Shown here: one piece after another, positions 7,975-17,650 of the stretch
Layout: each line of letters starts with the position of its first letter
Numbering within the stretch: position 1 is the first letter of the stretch
NCBI GenBank assembly: GCA_964422415.1
Contig: CAYRBI010000003.1
Coordinates: 10,607-74,606 of the forward strand
DNA: 64,000 bases
Source: an uncultured bacterium
GTDB lineage: Bacteria > Hinthialibacterota > Hinthialibacteria > OLB16
Direction: 5' to 3'
Notes under the pieces: model-generated
The model's database searches: none
The model's input: the letters and a program-made list of their open reading frames with translations, nothing else
Told to the model about the DNA's origin: nothing
Position numbers and translations under genes: made by a program

Positions 7975-10359
7975 ATGTCCAAGTCCAATGTATTTCTTCC
8001 GGTTGTAGCCTGTCTCACCATCGTCATCACATGTGTGGTATTCCCATCCGGGATGGCAGCCCAATCCCAGACACCCCCTGCCGAAACCCTGGCCGGGATT
8101 GGCGCACGGTTATCACGGGAATCGACAGAAGCCTACGCCCAATGCCCATTCTCAGTCCTGTCCAAGGACTTCTTCTCGCGTTTCAGCCGGGACCCGGAGG
8201 CGCATGTGGAGACCGGCGAAGTGGAAATCACACCGGAATGGCGGATCGTGACAGTAAATCCTTCCAGTCTACTGGCTGGTCTGATGGCGGAACACTTAGC
8301 GGTCTTTCTGGATCAGCGGATGGGAGTCAAACTCACCATTTCCGCTGAAGATCCGGGAGTTGGCTCTGGAAGGAAACGCATCGTCCTTTCCGAATCCGGA
8401 GGGGGGACTCCCACCGTGCCCGGTTCGTTCACACTGCATGTCCAAGATGACCAGATCGAAATCAGCGGGATGGACCCGGAGGGACTCCGGGATGGAGTGG
8501 TCCGGCTGGTCCATGAGACCGGACTACGGGAGGCTCCTTTTGCCACCAAGGGAGAACAGATCTTCAGCCCACGCATTCCGGTCCGCCTGGGCTCGGTTCC
8601 TCAAATGGGTTCCTACCGGGACCTGGTGTTCATGGGATACAACACAGTCTTCGTGGGCGGCGGAAGTCTCTATGCCCTCTCAACCAGTAATGCCATCCCA
8701 GAACTCGTGGAACGGCGAAACCCGGGAAGCCTCGCAGCCACCCGCTCCGCTGTCACGGAGGCAAAGCGGTATGGCCTCAAGCCATACGCCTTTATCGACA
8801 TCCGCCAGAAGTTTCCCAAAGACCACCCTGTCTTTTTGAATCATCCGGAGATCCGTGGAACCCTGACCTGGAAGGCGGATGGAGAATATGTCCTCTGCAC
8901 CGAGCACCCTCTTGTAAAGCAATACTTAAGCGAGAGTGTGGAAGGATTGTTTCGTGAGGTGCCGGGGCTGGAGGGGATTACACTCATCATCGGAGGCGAG
9001 GGTTTCTACCATTGCTTCATGCGCCCGTATAATGTGGCCAAGGGGCACACCAACTGCCCGCGTTGTGAACCACTCGGCGCGGAAACCGTGGTCTCTAACC
9101 TGTGTAACACCCTCGCGGAAGCAGCACGCCGGGTGAATCCCCAGGCCCTTGTGATTGCTTGGCCGTACTCAGCGGAACATGTTTGGTCGAAAGACAAGGC
9201 CCAAGCTGGTTTCATCGAAAAGCTCAACCCGGGAACCGCCATCTTCACCGAGATTGAGAAGGATGAATATGTTGAGAAACCAGAAGGGGTACGGAAACAC
9301 CTTTGGGATTACAGTATCGACCTGATTGGCCCCGGAGAACGCGCCAAGCAGCAGATCGCGGCCTGCCAGACCCGGGGGATCCCCATCTTCCTCAAGAGCG
9401 AACCAGAGATCAGCTACGAGGCTCCCCGGCTGCCCCACATTCCTTGCATGGACCGCTGGGCCAGCCGCGCCGAGGCATTGGCATCATGTGGCGCGAGTGG
9501 GGCCTGGGTCTTCCCCGCTTTCAAACCCAATTATGGAACCAGCGCCGCCGAGCTCAACCGCTTCTTCTGGTGGAACCCCGTGGAGCCGGAAGATGAGATC
9601 CTGACCCGTCTCGCCCAGCGTATCGCGGGGAAAGCCGCCGGGCCTCATCTGCGGAAGGCCTGGGCGCTTGTGTCCGAGGCCATTCCCTTCTCTCCCGAGC
9701 TGCCCTCTTACTACACCGGCCCCTATTACCTCGGACCGGCCCACCCCATGTGTGCCGACCTGAAGGCCACCTTGCCGGAGGTCTTCTATGGATACTATCT
9801 GTTTATGGCGGAAATGACTGATAGCGAGGGAGTCAAACTGCGTCCCACCTTCGTCACCTCACCAACTGGGAATGTCCCTGTCTTTGGAGGGATGTACCGT
9901 AAGATGGAGGGACTTCTCGGCCAGGCGACGGCTGAACTCGATCAGGCTGAACCCCTGGTCGAACAACGTCACCAGCTCACCTTCCGTGCGGAGTCCTCAC
10001 CTCTTCGCTGGTTCTACCATACCGCCAGAACGGAAGCGAACTTTTATGAGTCCTGCCAACTGCGAGACCGTCTTGCCGCTCTCTCGGATGCGGGTGTGCC
10101 CTCCGGAACCCAAGCCATCGAGGCTGAACAGGCCTGGCGGAGGTGGAAGGATGTGCTGGAGAATGAGCTCGAAAACACGCAAGAAGCTCTTCCAATCATG
10201 GAAGCCGACATGCGGCTGGACTTCTATTTCGGAGGCGATCACACCTTTCCACATGGATCTGATATGCTAAAGGCGAAGCTGGAGATCCTACACAAGGAGG
10301 TTGAGGAGTATCTCCCGGGCATCGCTGGGAAGCTTGGGATTGGAGAGCGGAAAAAATGA
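7975..10359 (+). CDS. Secreted protein of unknown function (possibly glycoside-hydrolase-like)
   Basis: Start set at ATG 7975 (GGAGG 9 nt upstream), giving signal peptide MSKSNVFLPVVACLTIVITCVVFPSGMAAQ. N-terminal module (KRIVLSESGGG...FTLHVQDDQIEISGMDPEGLRDGVVRLV) resembles the N-domains of GH20/GH67/GH89-type enzymes. No catalytic motif recognised. Confidence 0.6.
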   Translation: MSKSNVFLPVVACLTIVITCVVFPSGMAAQSQTPPAETLAGIGARLSRESTEAYAQCPFSVLSKDFFSRFSRDPEAHVETGEVEITPEWRIVTVNPSSLLAGLMAEHLAVFLDQRMGVKLTISAEDPGVGSGRKRIVLSESGGGTPTVPGSFTLHVQDDQIEISGMDPEGLRDGVVRLVHETGLREAPFATKGEQIFSPRIPVRLGSVPQMGSYRDLVFMGYNTVFVGGGSLYALSTSNAIPELVERRNPGSLAATRSAVTEAKRYGLKPYAFIDIRQKFPKDHPVFLNHPEIRGTLTWKADGEYVLCTEHPLVKQYLSESVEGLFREVPGLEGITLIIGGEGFYHCFMRPYNVAKGHTNCPRCEPLGAETVVSNLCNTLAEAARRVNPQALVIAWPYSAEHVWSKDKAQAGFIEKLNPGTAIFTEIEKDEYVEKPEGVRKHLWDYSIDLIGPGERAKQQIAACQTRGIPIFLKSEPEISYEAPRLPHIPCMDRWASRAEALASCGASGAWVFPAFKPNYGTSAAELNRFFWWNPVEPEDEILTRLAQRIAGKAAGPHLRKAWALVSEAIPFSPELPSYYTGPYYLGPAHPMCADLKATLPEVFYGYYLFMAEMTDSEGVKLRPTFVTSPTGNVPVFGGMYRKMEGLLGQATAELDQAEPLVEQRHQLTFRAESSPLRWFYHTARTEANFYESCQLRDRLAALSDAGVPSGTQAIEAEQAWRRWKDVLENELENTQEALPIMEADMRLDFYFGGDHTFPHGSDMLKAKLEILHKEVEEYLPGIAGKLGIGERKK

Positions 10360-10670
10360 TAACAAACGTGGCCGAAATTCAGGACAAGGTTATTCATTCT
10401 TTTTGCCGGAAATGGAGGATTGTGGAATTTTCCCTCTTTGGATCTATTTTGAGGGATGATTTCCAGTCCGACAGCGATGTAGATGTCCTCGTCAGCTTCG
10501 ATCCAGATGCTCACTGGGGTTTGGCGGATCTGGGAGAAATGACAGACGAGTTGCGCTTGATCTTAGGGCGGGATGTGGACCTCGTGGAAAAGGAAGGCCT
10601 ACGTAATCCTATCCGACGCAAAGAAATTCTTGGGACATGCCAGGTGCTTTATGCCCAACAAGACGCCTGA
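10356..10670 (+). CDS. mntA: Nucleotidyltransferase-domain antitoxin (MntA-like, type VII TA)
   Basis: 104 aa with GSx10DxD motif (FGSILRDDFQSDSDVDVLV). Start is in an ATGA overlap with the upstream gene stop. The 3' end overlaps a HepT-like frame by 20 nt. Confidence 0.85.
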   Translation: MITNVAEIQDKVIHSFCRKWRIVEFSLFGSILRDDFQSDSDVDVLVSFDPDAHWGLADLGEMTDELRLILGRDVDLVEKEGLRNPIRRKEILGTCQVLYAQQDA

Positions 10671-10740
10671 TCTAGCGCTTCTGTGGGACATGCAACAGGC
10701 CGCAAGGGAAATCTCCGATTTTATAGAGGGTGTCACATAC
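10651..10740 (+). pseudogene. hepT: Truncated HepT/DUF86 toxin remnant (N-terminal ~30 codons only)
   Basis: ATG 10651 opens MPNKTPDLALLWDMQQAAREISDFIEGVTY, which is HepT N-terminus-like. After about 10740 the frame (open to 10875) loses all similarity, lacks the Rx4HxY motif and runs antisense into the converging gene. Confidence 0.5.
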
Positions 10741-10744
10741 CCCC

Positions 10745-11278
10745 TCACCCCTTGCCCGGTGTCCCCCCGATGGCCACAAACAGATCGAGGTACACTCCCT
10801 GGCGGGATAGATGAAGAAGTACGCTCAGACAGATCACTGGTGCTGAGCTCCCATCACTGGAACCCACCGCCATAGGTATATTCCGGTTCATACGGGGCAG
10901 TCCCATCTTGACCGGAACGAATTCACAAATCGGCCCGATGGCTCCCCCCAGAACCACATTCAATAGCTCCTGTAGGCAACCGAGCACCAATTCATCATCT
11001 TCGATCTCCATCCCCATCATATGTGTGGAGAGATGATGGGCCTCCTCGCGTGGCAGCCCACAACCCACAAGAACAATGAGATCCCCCTCGGTGCTCACCA
11101 CCCCAGTATAATCCCACACCCGTGAGAGGAATCCTTCTGGGACCGGTTGAACCGTCACATGGCACTCGCCCAAGCCCACCATCATCTGGAAAGAGAGGTC
11201 TGCTTGGTGCGTGACGGCATCAAGAATTCTCTGGAGGTCAGAGGGATCAGCCAAACCAGCGGGCAATGGACCTTCCAT
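10745..11278 (-). CDS. CheX-like (chemotaxis phosphatase fold) domain protein
   Basis: 177-aa ORF with an ExxN motif in context (CLQELLNVVLGGAIGPI), typical of the CheX/CheC-like 'E..N...G' active site. No other chemotaxis genes are nearby. Confidence 0.45.
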   Translation of the reverse strand: MEGPLPAGLADPSDLQRILDAVTHQADLSFQMMVGLGECHVTVQPVPEGFLSRVWDYTGVVSTEGDLIVLVGCGLPREEAHHLSTHMMGMEIEDDELVLGCLQELLNVVLGGAIGPICEFVPVKMGLPRMNRNIPMAVGSSDGSSAPVICLSVLLHLSRQGVYLDLFVAIGGTPGKG

Positions 11279-11547
11279 GTTCGTAACGGTTCACTAGCCT
11301 TTCAGTTCTTTATTTCCAGAACCAACGAGAATCCAAATAGCTCTGATCGCATTCAGAACAATCGATCCTCACTCTCACAGAAGAGCTTATTCGGCGGGGA
11401 GCATAGCACACAGCAACCCTCTCAGGACACAGACACGCCCCCATGGCGTGGCAGATTTGTTCACATACTCTGAGTATTGAATCACGGAACATCAAGGAAA
11501 CACAGAAGAACGAGTCACAATGGATTGTGAGTAACCCTCCTGAACCC

Positions 11548-11576
11548 TTGACACAAGCCGCCGCAAGTCCTATCAC
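11548..11576 (+). promoter_or_regulatory. Sigma70-like promoter candidate for the HAD hydrolase operon
   Basis: TTGACA (11548-11553), 17-nt spacer, TATCAC (11571-11576). It would give a very short leader before ATG 11595. Confidence 0.25.
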
Positions 11577-11594
11577 CTTTACCGAATTGATACC

Positions 11595-12356
11595 ATGACT
11601 GACGGATCCACCACACCCGCCCGGGGCGGACTCACATACCTCCGGGCAATCATCCTGGATCTAGACGGGGTTGTGGCCGAAACCGAAGACCTCCACCGGC
11701 AAGCTTACAATCTCACCTTCGAGGAAGCAGGCCTTCCCAACCGTTGGACTTATGACGACTACCGCGCCCGTTTGATCCTCTCAGGGGGCAGCAAGTTCAA
11801 GGAGGTCCCCGCGCCAGAGGGATCAACAGATCCAAACACTTTCCATGCCCAGCTCTATGCACGGAAACGCCGGCATTATATTGACCTGATAGGGAAGACC
11901 AACCTACCCCCACGCCCAGGAATCCTCCCACTTATCGATGAAGCCCTTGGCACAGGAATTCTTATCGGAGTCGCCAGCACCTGTGACAAGCAGGGAGCCA
12001 TTACAATCTTGAAAAGCTGCCTTGGGGAAGAACGGTTGAGTCAACTCTCTTCGGTCCGTGCCGGGAATGATGCGCCCCAACGAAAGCCCGCACCAGATAT
12101 ATACCTGCTTGCCATCCATGATTTGGGAGTCCCAGCATCGGCCTGTGTCGCCATTGAGGACACCCTCCATGGCGTCGAGGCCGCACAGAGAGCGGGTCTG
12201 TGGACTCTAGTGACTCCCAGCCAGTACACTGTGGGCGATGACTTCGAACATGCCAGCCGGGTGGTGGTGGATCTAGAAGTGGGTAAGGTCAACCTGCATT
12301 GGTTGGATAATGAGCTGAGAAAGACTAAGGAAACCACACTACAATCGGTTCCATGA
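11595..12356 (+). CDS. HAD-superfamily hydrolase (CbbY / beta-phosphoglucomutase-like subfamily IA)
   Basis: DxDG motif I (IILDLDGVVAETE), motif II (GVASTC), and distal motifs KPAPDIY and IEDTLHGVEAAQRAG. Confidence 0.85.
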   Translation: MTDGSTTPARGGLTYLRAIILDLDGVVAETEDLHRQAYNLTFEEAGLPNRWTYDDYRARLILSGGSKFKEVPAPEGSTDPNTFHAQLYARKRRHYIDLIGKTNLPPRPGILPLIDEALGTGILIGVASTCDKQGAITILKSCLGEERLSQLSSVRAGNDAPQRKPAPDIYLLAIHDLGVPASACVAIEDTLHGVEAAQRAGLWTLVTPSQYTVGDDFEHASRVVVDLEVGKVNLHWLDNELRKTKETTLQSVP

Positions 12357-13459
12357 ACGCACCAGTTGTTCTAGAGCAGGGGATGGAAAGCACGCCCGGT
12401 CTCCGTACGGATAACCACCCCCGCATATCGAGATTATTATCGGAGCCAGTTCCTCCGAATATCGAGTTACCAGGATTCTGGTCCCGGATGCCTAGACTTT
12501 CGCATCGCTCCTATTTCCGGCAATTCCACCGTGAACTTGCCTTTCGTGGCATTGTATTGCTCGCCAAGCTGGTCTTATCGATGGGGATCGAGCGATCCGC
12601 GAAGATCGCCGCCTTTGTTGGCAGGTGCGGTTACTATGCTCAACGACAGCAAAGAAAGGTTGCCTTAGATAATCTGCGCATCTGTCTGGGGGACAACACC
12701 ACCGAGGAGCAGAGGCGGCAGATCGCCAAGACTGTCTTTTCCAACTTCGCCGTCGCCGCCTTGGAGGTCGCCTGGCTGAGCCGTTGGCGTGACCTCTTTT
12801 CCTGGCTGCGAATTGAAGTGGAAGGCCTGGAGAAACTGGATGCCGCTCTGGCCACTGGACGGGGAGTAATCGCGCATAATGCCCATTTTGGGAACTGGGA
12901 GGTCATGTCAGCGGCGGTCGCCAAGATGGGGTATCCCGGTTATGTGGTTGCACGGCGTCAGAAAGACCCGCGGCTGGATGCCTGGCTGGGGGCGATCCGC
13001 GAACACAGCGGCTTGAAGATTGCGATCCGGGGAGAGCATCCTGTCCGTATTCTCAGATGCCTCAAGAGTGGCGGGCTCCTAGGTTTGATGACTGATATCG
13101 ACACCCGTAGCAACGAGGGTGTTTTCGTGGATTTCTTCGGACGTCCCACGTATACTCAATCGGGTCCTTTCGCCCTGGCGCGTGCCACGGGCGCGCTCAT
13201 GATTCCGGCGCTCTGCTTCCGCGAGGGTTTGAATCATTTGCGTTTTTATTTCGGTGACCCTTGGGAAGTACCGAAGACAAACGATCCGGAGGACGATATC
13301 CTCCAAGCAGCGCGGAAGGCCAACTCGATTCTTGAGCAAAAGATACGTGAACGGCCCGAACAATGGGCCTGGTTTCATAAACGATGGAAAACCACACCCG
13401 GAAAAATCGAACAGTACCGGCGAGACAACGAGCAGGCAACCGAGGAATCGCGGGGCTGA
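12353..13459 (+). CDS. Lipid A biosynthesis lauroyl/myristoyl acyltransferase family protein (LpxL/HtrB-like)
   Basis: ATGA overlap with the upstream stop. N-terminal membrane anchor. Family motif AHNAHFGNWEV (HxxxxE) and downstream LMTDID...FFGRPTYTQSGPFALA. Confidence 0.8.
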   Translation: MNAPVVLEQGMESTPGLRTDNHPRISRLLSEPVPPNIELPGFWSRMPRLSHRSYFRQFHRELAFRGIVLLAKLVLSMGIERSAKIAAFVGRCGYYAQRQQRKVALDNLRICLGDNTTEEQRRQIAKTVFSNFAVAALEVAWLSRWRDLFSWLRIEVEGLEKLDAALATGRGVIAHNAHFGNWEVMSAAVAKMGYPGYVVARRQKDPRLDAWLGAIREHSGLKIAIRGEHPVRILRCLKSGGLLGLMTDIDTRSNEGVFVDFFGRPTYTQSGPFALARATGALMIPALCFREGLNHLRFYFGDPWEVPKTNDPEDDILQAARKANSILEQKIRERPEQWAWFHKRWKTTPGKIEQYRRDNEQATEESRG

Positions 13460-14175
13460 TCCCCTGGTTGGGAGGAGTCTTCTGGTTGGTCCTGTGGGGT
13501 TGGCTCCTAATCCCACGGCAGAGGATTGAGGTACCCAACGAGATGGATCTCCTTTCCCGGACTGAGTCCACCATCAAGCTACAGGGCTTCCGAGTCCGTC
13601 AGGAAACCCGGTACACCGATGGAAGTTGCACTTATACAGACCTGCAAGCTGAGCGCGGTTGGAACCTCGAAGAGACACGGGACTCACATGTCCTGGTCAA
13701 TGTGGATGTCCGTCTGGTTCCCAAAAAGGTCCCTCAGAACGCCACGGCCACGGAAGGACTTGAGAGCATTTCAGCCCAGGCTGATGTCGCCTGGGTGCTC
13801 ATCAAGGCCGCCACTGGAATCTGGTCAATCAAGACTCGCAATATCGACCTGATGGGGAATGTCCAGATTTTTGGATATTCCATGCAAGGTGAACTCTCTG
13901 AATGGATCGCCACCGAACGGCTCTCATATGATCAAAAAGAAGACATGGTCCGCTCGCTTTCTCCCGCCACATATGAGGGGAAGTCCTTACAGATTGGCCA
14001 AGCCTACCGTTGTTTTGTGGAAACCGATGTGGACTTGGACGAGCCCAGAATCACCGATATTGAGACCCTGCCGAGTGACTTCCCTACACCTTTCCAGCAT
14101 CCAGAAATGATGCCGCCCTATTCGCCACCCGAGGCATTGCGCTTCCTCTCTGAGGAACCACAGGCTCCCTCTTGA
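13384..14175 (+). CDS. Membrane-anchored periplasmic protein, possibly LptC-like
   Basis: N-terminal TM (LIPWLGGVFWLVLWGWLLI) followed by a beta-rich region (IKTRNIDLMGNVQIFGY...LSYDQKEDMV). Sits directly after the LpxL-like gene, with which the only ATG start overlaps by 76 nt. Function is tentative. Confidence 0.4.
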   Translation: MENHTRKNRTVPARQRAGNRGIAGLIPWLGGVFWLVLWGWLLIPRQRIEVPNEMDLLSRTESTIKLQGFRVRQETRYTDGSCTYTDLQAERGWNLEETRDSHVLVNVDVRLVPKKVPQNATATEGLESISAQADVAWVLIKAATGIWSIKTRNIDLMGNVQIFGYSMQGELSEWIATERLSYDQKEDMVRSLSPATYEGKSLQIGQAYRCFVETDVDLDEPRITDIETLPSDFPTPFQHPEMMPPYSPPEALRFLSEEPQAPS

Positions 14176-14190
14176 GGATGTCAGATTGAG

Positions 14191-14218
14191 TTGACGCCAT
14201 TATATGTGTGGATACAAT
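14191..14218 (+). promoter_or_regulatory. Sigma70-like promoter candidate for the S8 protease gene
   Basis: TTGACG (14191-14196), 16-nt spacer, TACAAT (14213-14218), about 55 nt upstream of ATG 14273. Confidence 0.4.
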
Positions 14219-14272
14219 TTCATCAGTGTCGCTGCGGCGGGAAGAGAATCCCATCCCAGCGGTGGGAGATAC

Positions 14273-17200
14273 ATGCGTTCCGCAACTTTTCGATTCATAC
14301 TTTTCTTTCTTGCCTTCACAAGCATTTCATCCGCACAAAACGAAGAAGTTTTTTTCCGTTGCCGGGGGAAAAAGGTCTTTTTACGCCTGGCCCCCTCTTT
14401 CATGGCGATCGAGTCCTCCCAAGGGAAGGAAGATTCAGTTAACTTTCTTCTGGAGGAAGAGGTTGTGGAGCCCCTCTATTGGAGTCCCACCGAGGGGCGG
14501 TACGTATTTCATTACGAATCCCGAGAATTTGTCCAGCGGATAGCTTCCAACAAGAGTGTGGTAAGCAAGACCTTCCCGGTCTATCTCCCCGTGGATGGCG
14601 AAAAGCCGCTCTGGTGTTTCGGAGAGGTGATTGTCCGATGGGAGGATGAAACCCCGGAAGCTACTATCCAATCCGTGTTCGCGGGCTTGGGTTTAGAGGT
14701 TAAAAGCCAGTCACTTTTTGACCCCACTGTCTTCCTAACAACTTGTCCGGAAAATGGGGAGAGGGATGCCTTTGAGATGGCGGAAATCCTGTCAAGTGAC
14801 CCCCATGTCCTCTGGGCAGAACCCAACCTATATGGTGGCCAATCACTCTCATCCAGTGATCCCTACCGGGGAAACCAGACTTATCTGGACATTGTCCATG
14901 CCGGTCAAGCCTGGGCAGTAACCAACGGAAGCCCAGATGTCGTCGTAGCTGTCCTGGACGAGGGAATCGATCTGGATCACCCGGATCTCATGGATAACAT
15001 CTATGAGAATCCAAAGGAAATCCCTGGTGACAGTGAAGACAACGACGGCAACGGATATGTGGATGATCTCAATGGGTGGGATTTTTTTGATAATGACAAT
15101 AACCCCAGACCCATAGGGGAGCTCCCGATCAATGCTCATGGAACCGCTGTTGCTGGCCTGATCGCGGCGGTTCAAGGAAATAATGAAGGCATCAGCGGAC
15201 TGGCTCCTGGCTGTAAGATCCTACCTGTGCGGATCTTCAGCGGAAGCACTTACGGTGGCAATTTTAAGGCCGCTGAGGCAATCCGCTACGCAGCAACTCT
15301 TGCGGATGTGATCAATTGTAGTTGGTCAGGTGAGAGTACGAGCAATGATTTAATGAGCGCCATCGATTTCGCGGTTTCCAGTGGACGTCGTGGCAAGGGA
15401 TGCGTGGTGGTGTTCGCCTCGGGAAACGGAGGGAATCCAGTTTCGTTTCCGGCCAGTTATACCTGGACAGTGGCGGTGGGAGAAACCGACGAAAATGATT
15501 TACGCAATCAGGGAAGCAACTTCGGTGAAAACCTGACTCTCACCGCGCCTGTTGCCGCCTGGACTACGGATAATAGCGGAGCCGGAGGCTTCGATTCTCC
15601 AGATCTAGATTATACCAATCAATTCACAGGCACCTCCTCCTCGGCTCCACTCGCCTCCGGTTTGGCCGCGCTCCTTTTCTCCGCTAACCCAGACCTGTCT
15701 GGAGCGGAGGCGGTCATGGCCCTCCTATCTGGATTGGATACTCCCATGACAGGGATCACACCTAGTGATTTATTTGGAAGGAGCCCCGAACTGGGTTGTG
15801 GCCGGTTGAATGCTGGAAGATCGGTGCTTATCGCTGACACTTCTCTCGATGACCGCCTGGAACCCAATGACTGCCCAGGTGTGGCGCCAACACTGACAAG
15901 AGGTTTTTATCCGTGGCTTTTCATGGATGGAAGCGAAGACTACTACCGGTTGGAACCGGCGGCGGGAACGAAGCTCCAATGCACCGTCCAATACCTGTCT
16001 TTCCTTGGTGATCTCAACATGATGCTTCGTGAGGAGAGCGGCGGTGTCGTCGCCACTCCAACCGAAACCCTTACGGAAAACACCCGCACCCTGACCCTCG
16101 AATACACACCTCCCTCCAGTGGGAAGTATTACCTCATGCTTTATCCAACCACTGGCGAAGGATTTCCTTACACCCTACGGGTAGATGTGATGGGATCTGA
16201 CGACACCTATGAGCCCAACCAAACACGAAGCCAGGCCAAGATCATCGCTCCAGGATCTGGAAAAACTTATCAGGGTTTGGTCTTAAATGATGACGACTAT
16301 TATTCTGTCTATACCGATGAAGAACAGTATCTTTACGCCCTGTTGTCATTCGATCAAAGCCAAGGCAACCTGGCTCTTCAAATCCTAGATCCCCAGGGAA
16401 ACGTGGTGCGGACCTCCGATAACAACAGTTATGGAGAGCAGGTGGATCCATACCAAGCCGCCTCATCCGATCCCCTCTATATCCGGGTGTACTCAAGCAG
16501 TGGTGAAACCAACCGGGAGTACTCCCTCCATTTGGCGATCTCATCCACCCCACCCATTGAGGGTTCTGGAAATGATGATTCTTTTGAGGATAACGATACC
16601 GCTGCCACCGCCACGGCGATCTCGACCGTTTTCCAACCCAACCTCTCCCTGGATGACACGGGTGGAGAGACTACAGATTTCTACCGGTTTACAGTTCCTG
16701 GCCGGAAGCGTCTCCGTGTAACAACGGGATGGAATGGACTGCCCGATATCGATCTCAATTTGTATCCAAGCGGTATTATGGCCTCAACCGCCACGGAGCC
16801 CGTGGCCAGAAGCATGTTCAGACTCCAGGATCTCGAGTCGGTGTCCATCCCCTCCATCCCCACGGCCACGGAGTATTGGATCGAGGTCTCCCGGTATGAT
16901 TCAGTGGGGCAATCGCCTTACCGGCTCGCGGTGGAGGTCCTCGATCCTCTCGACACCTGCGTGGCCTTCTACCGGCTATGCGAGGGTGTGATTGGAACTC
17001 CCTTTCAAGGAGAAGCAGTCCGGGATTGGCGTGGACCGCTCATGAGTCACCATCCCAGCGCTTACAGCGGGATCGGGAATTGGGTCGAGGGACCTTCCCC
17101 GTTTTCGCATCCGGGGTCTGATGGAATCGCATTGGATTGTTCCAGCGGGGGGCTTTACTTCGCGGGGAATGGTGCGCGGGGGGAACTGAATCTGGGAGAC

Positions 17201-17650
17201 CATGATTTCACCCTCTGGGCACGGGTCAAGGTTCAGGAGGGGGGAGAACGTATCATCGCGGGGATTCCAGGAGTCTGGGAGTTCCTCGCACGCAGCGACA
17301 ATACTCTCGATTTTAATGCCAATGGAATCCCTGTGTTGAATGGCGCCGGTCCCACCGTACAGTCCACCCAATGGCAATCCCTGGCCTGTGTGTGGGATAA
17401 GACCAACAGTCTACTCCACATCTACCTGAGCGACGATGAGGATTGGTTGGAGGCATCCGCCTCCATTAGTGGAATCACACTGTCAGGATCTGGTCTTTTC
17501 CATGTGGGATCAACTCTGGGCGGGAGTGGTGGAGCCGGGTTGGTGGAGCAGGTACGCTACTTCGATTCCGCTCTGACCTCGGATGAGTTGCGGGGATTCT
17601 CGATCGATGAACCCATCGCTGGACAATCCCGGTGGGCACTCTATGAATAA
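14273..17650 (+). CDS. Secreted multidomain subtilisin-like serine protease (S8) with three PPC-like domains and a LamG-like C-terminal domain
   Basis: Start at ATG 14273 (GGGAG upstream), giving signal peptide MRSATFRFILFFLAFTSISSAQ. Catalytic triad motifs VAVLDEGID (Asp), HGTAVAGLIAA (His), GTSSSAPLASGLAALL (Ser). Three 'D..EPN(D/Q)...A...DYY' pre-peptidase C-terminal-like modules. Tail with DFTLWARVKV resembles the LamG_3 type. Confidence 0.9.
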   Translation: MRSATFRFILFFLAFTSISSAQNEEVFFRCRGKKVFLRLAPSFMAIESSQGKEDSVNFLLEEEVVEPLYWSPTEGRYVFHYESREFVQRIASNKSVVSKTFPVYLPVDGEKPLWCFGEVIVRWEDETPEATIQSVFAGLGLEVKSQSLFDPTVFLTTCPENGERDAFEMAEILSSDPHVLWAEPNLYGGQSLSSSDPYRGNQTYLDIVHAGQAWAVTNGSPDVVVAVLDEGIDLDHPDLMDNIYENPKEIPGDSEDNDGNGYVDDLNGWDFFDNDNNPRPIGELPINAHGTAVAGLIAAVQGNNEGISGLAPGCKILPVRIFSGSTYGGNFKAAEAIRYAATLADVINCSWSGESTSNDLMSAIDFAVSSGRRGKGCVVVFASGNGGNPVSFPASYTWTVAVGETDENDLRNQGSNFGENLTLTAPVAAWTTDNSGAGGFDSPDLDYTNQFTGTSSSAPLASGLAALLFSANPDLSGAEAVMALLSGLDTPMTGITPSDLFGRSPELGCGRLNAGRSVLIADTSLDDRLEPNDCPGVAPTLTRGFYPWLFMDGSEDYYRLEPAAGTKLQCTVQYLSFLGDLNMMLREESGGVVATPTETLTENTRTLTLEYTPPSSGKYYLMLYPTTGEGFPYTLRVDVMGSDDTYEPNQTRSQAKIIAPGSGKTYQGLVLNDDDYYSVYTDEEQYLYALLSFDQSQGNLALQILDPQGNVVRTSDNNSYGEQVDPYQAASSDPLYIRVYSSSGETNREYSLHLAISSTPPIEGSGNDDSFEDNDTAATATAISTVFQPNLSLDDTGGETTDFYRFTVPGRKRLRVTTGWNGLPDIDLNLYPSGIMASTATEPVARSMFRLQDLESVSIPSIPTATEYWIEVSRYDSVGQSPYRLAVEVLDPLDTCVAFYRLCEGVIGTPFQGEAVRDWRGPLMSHHPSAYSGIGNWVEGPSPFSHPGSDGIALDCSSGGLYFAGNGARGELNLGDHDFTLWARVKVQEGGERIIAGIPGVWEFLARSDNTLDFNANGIPVLNGAGPTVQSTQWQSLACVWDKTNSLLHIYLSDDEDWLEASASISGITLSGSGLFHVGSTLGGSGGAGLVEQVRYFDSALTSDELRGFSIDEPIAGQSRWALYE

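Noticed and set aside
6662-8030. N-terminal extensions in the ORF track (thrB from 6662; the 855-aa model from 7792; also the S8 protease from 14204, pseudopilin from 17723, 47160 and 60725 models).
   Set aside because: The extensions lack family similarity and precede internal ATGs that have Shine-Dalgarno motifs and yield proper signal peptides or family N-termini. Starts were moved accordingly.
10573-10875. 100-aa ORF-track model taken at face value as a complete gene downstream of mntA.
   Set aside because: Only residues 27-56 (from ATG 10651) resemble a HepT N-terminus. The rest is antisense to the CheX-like gene and lacks HepT motifs. It is called a truncated pseudogene instead.
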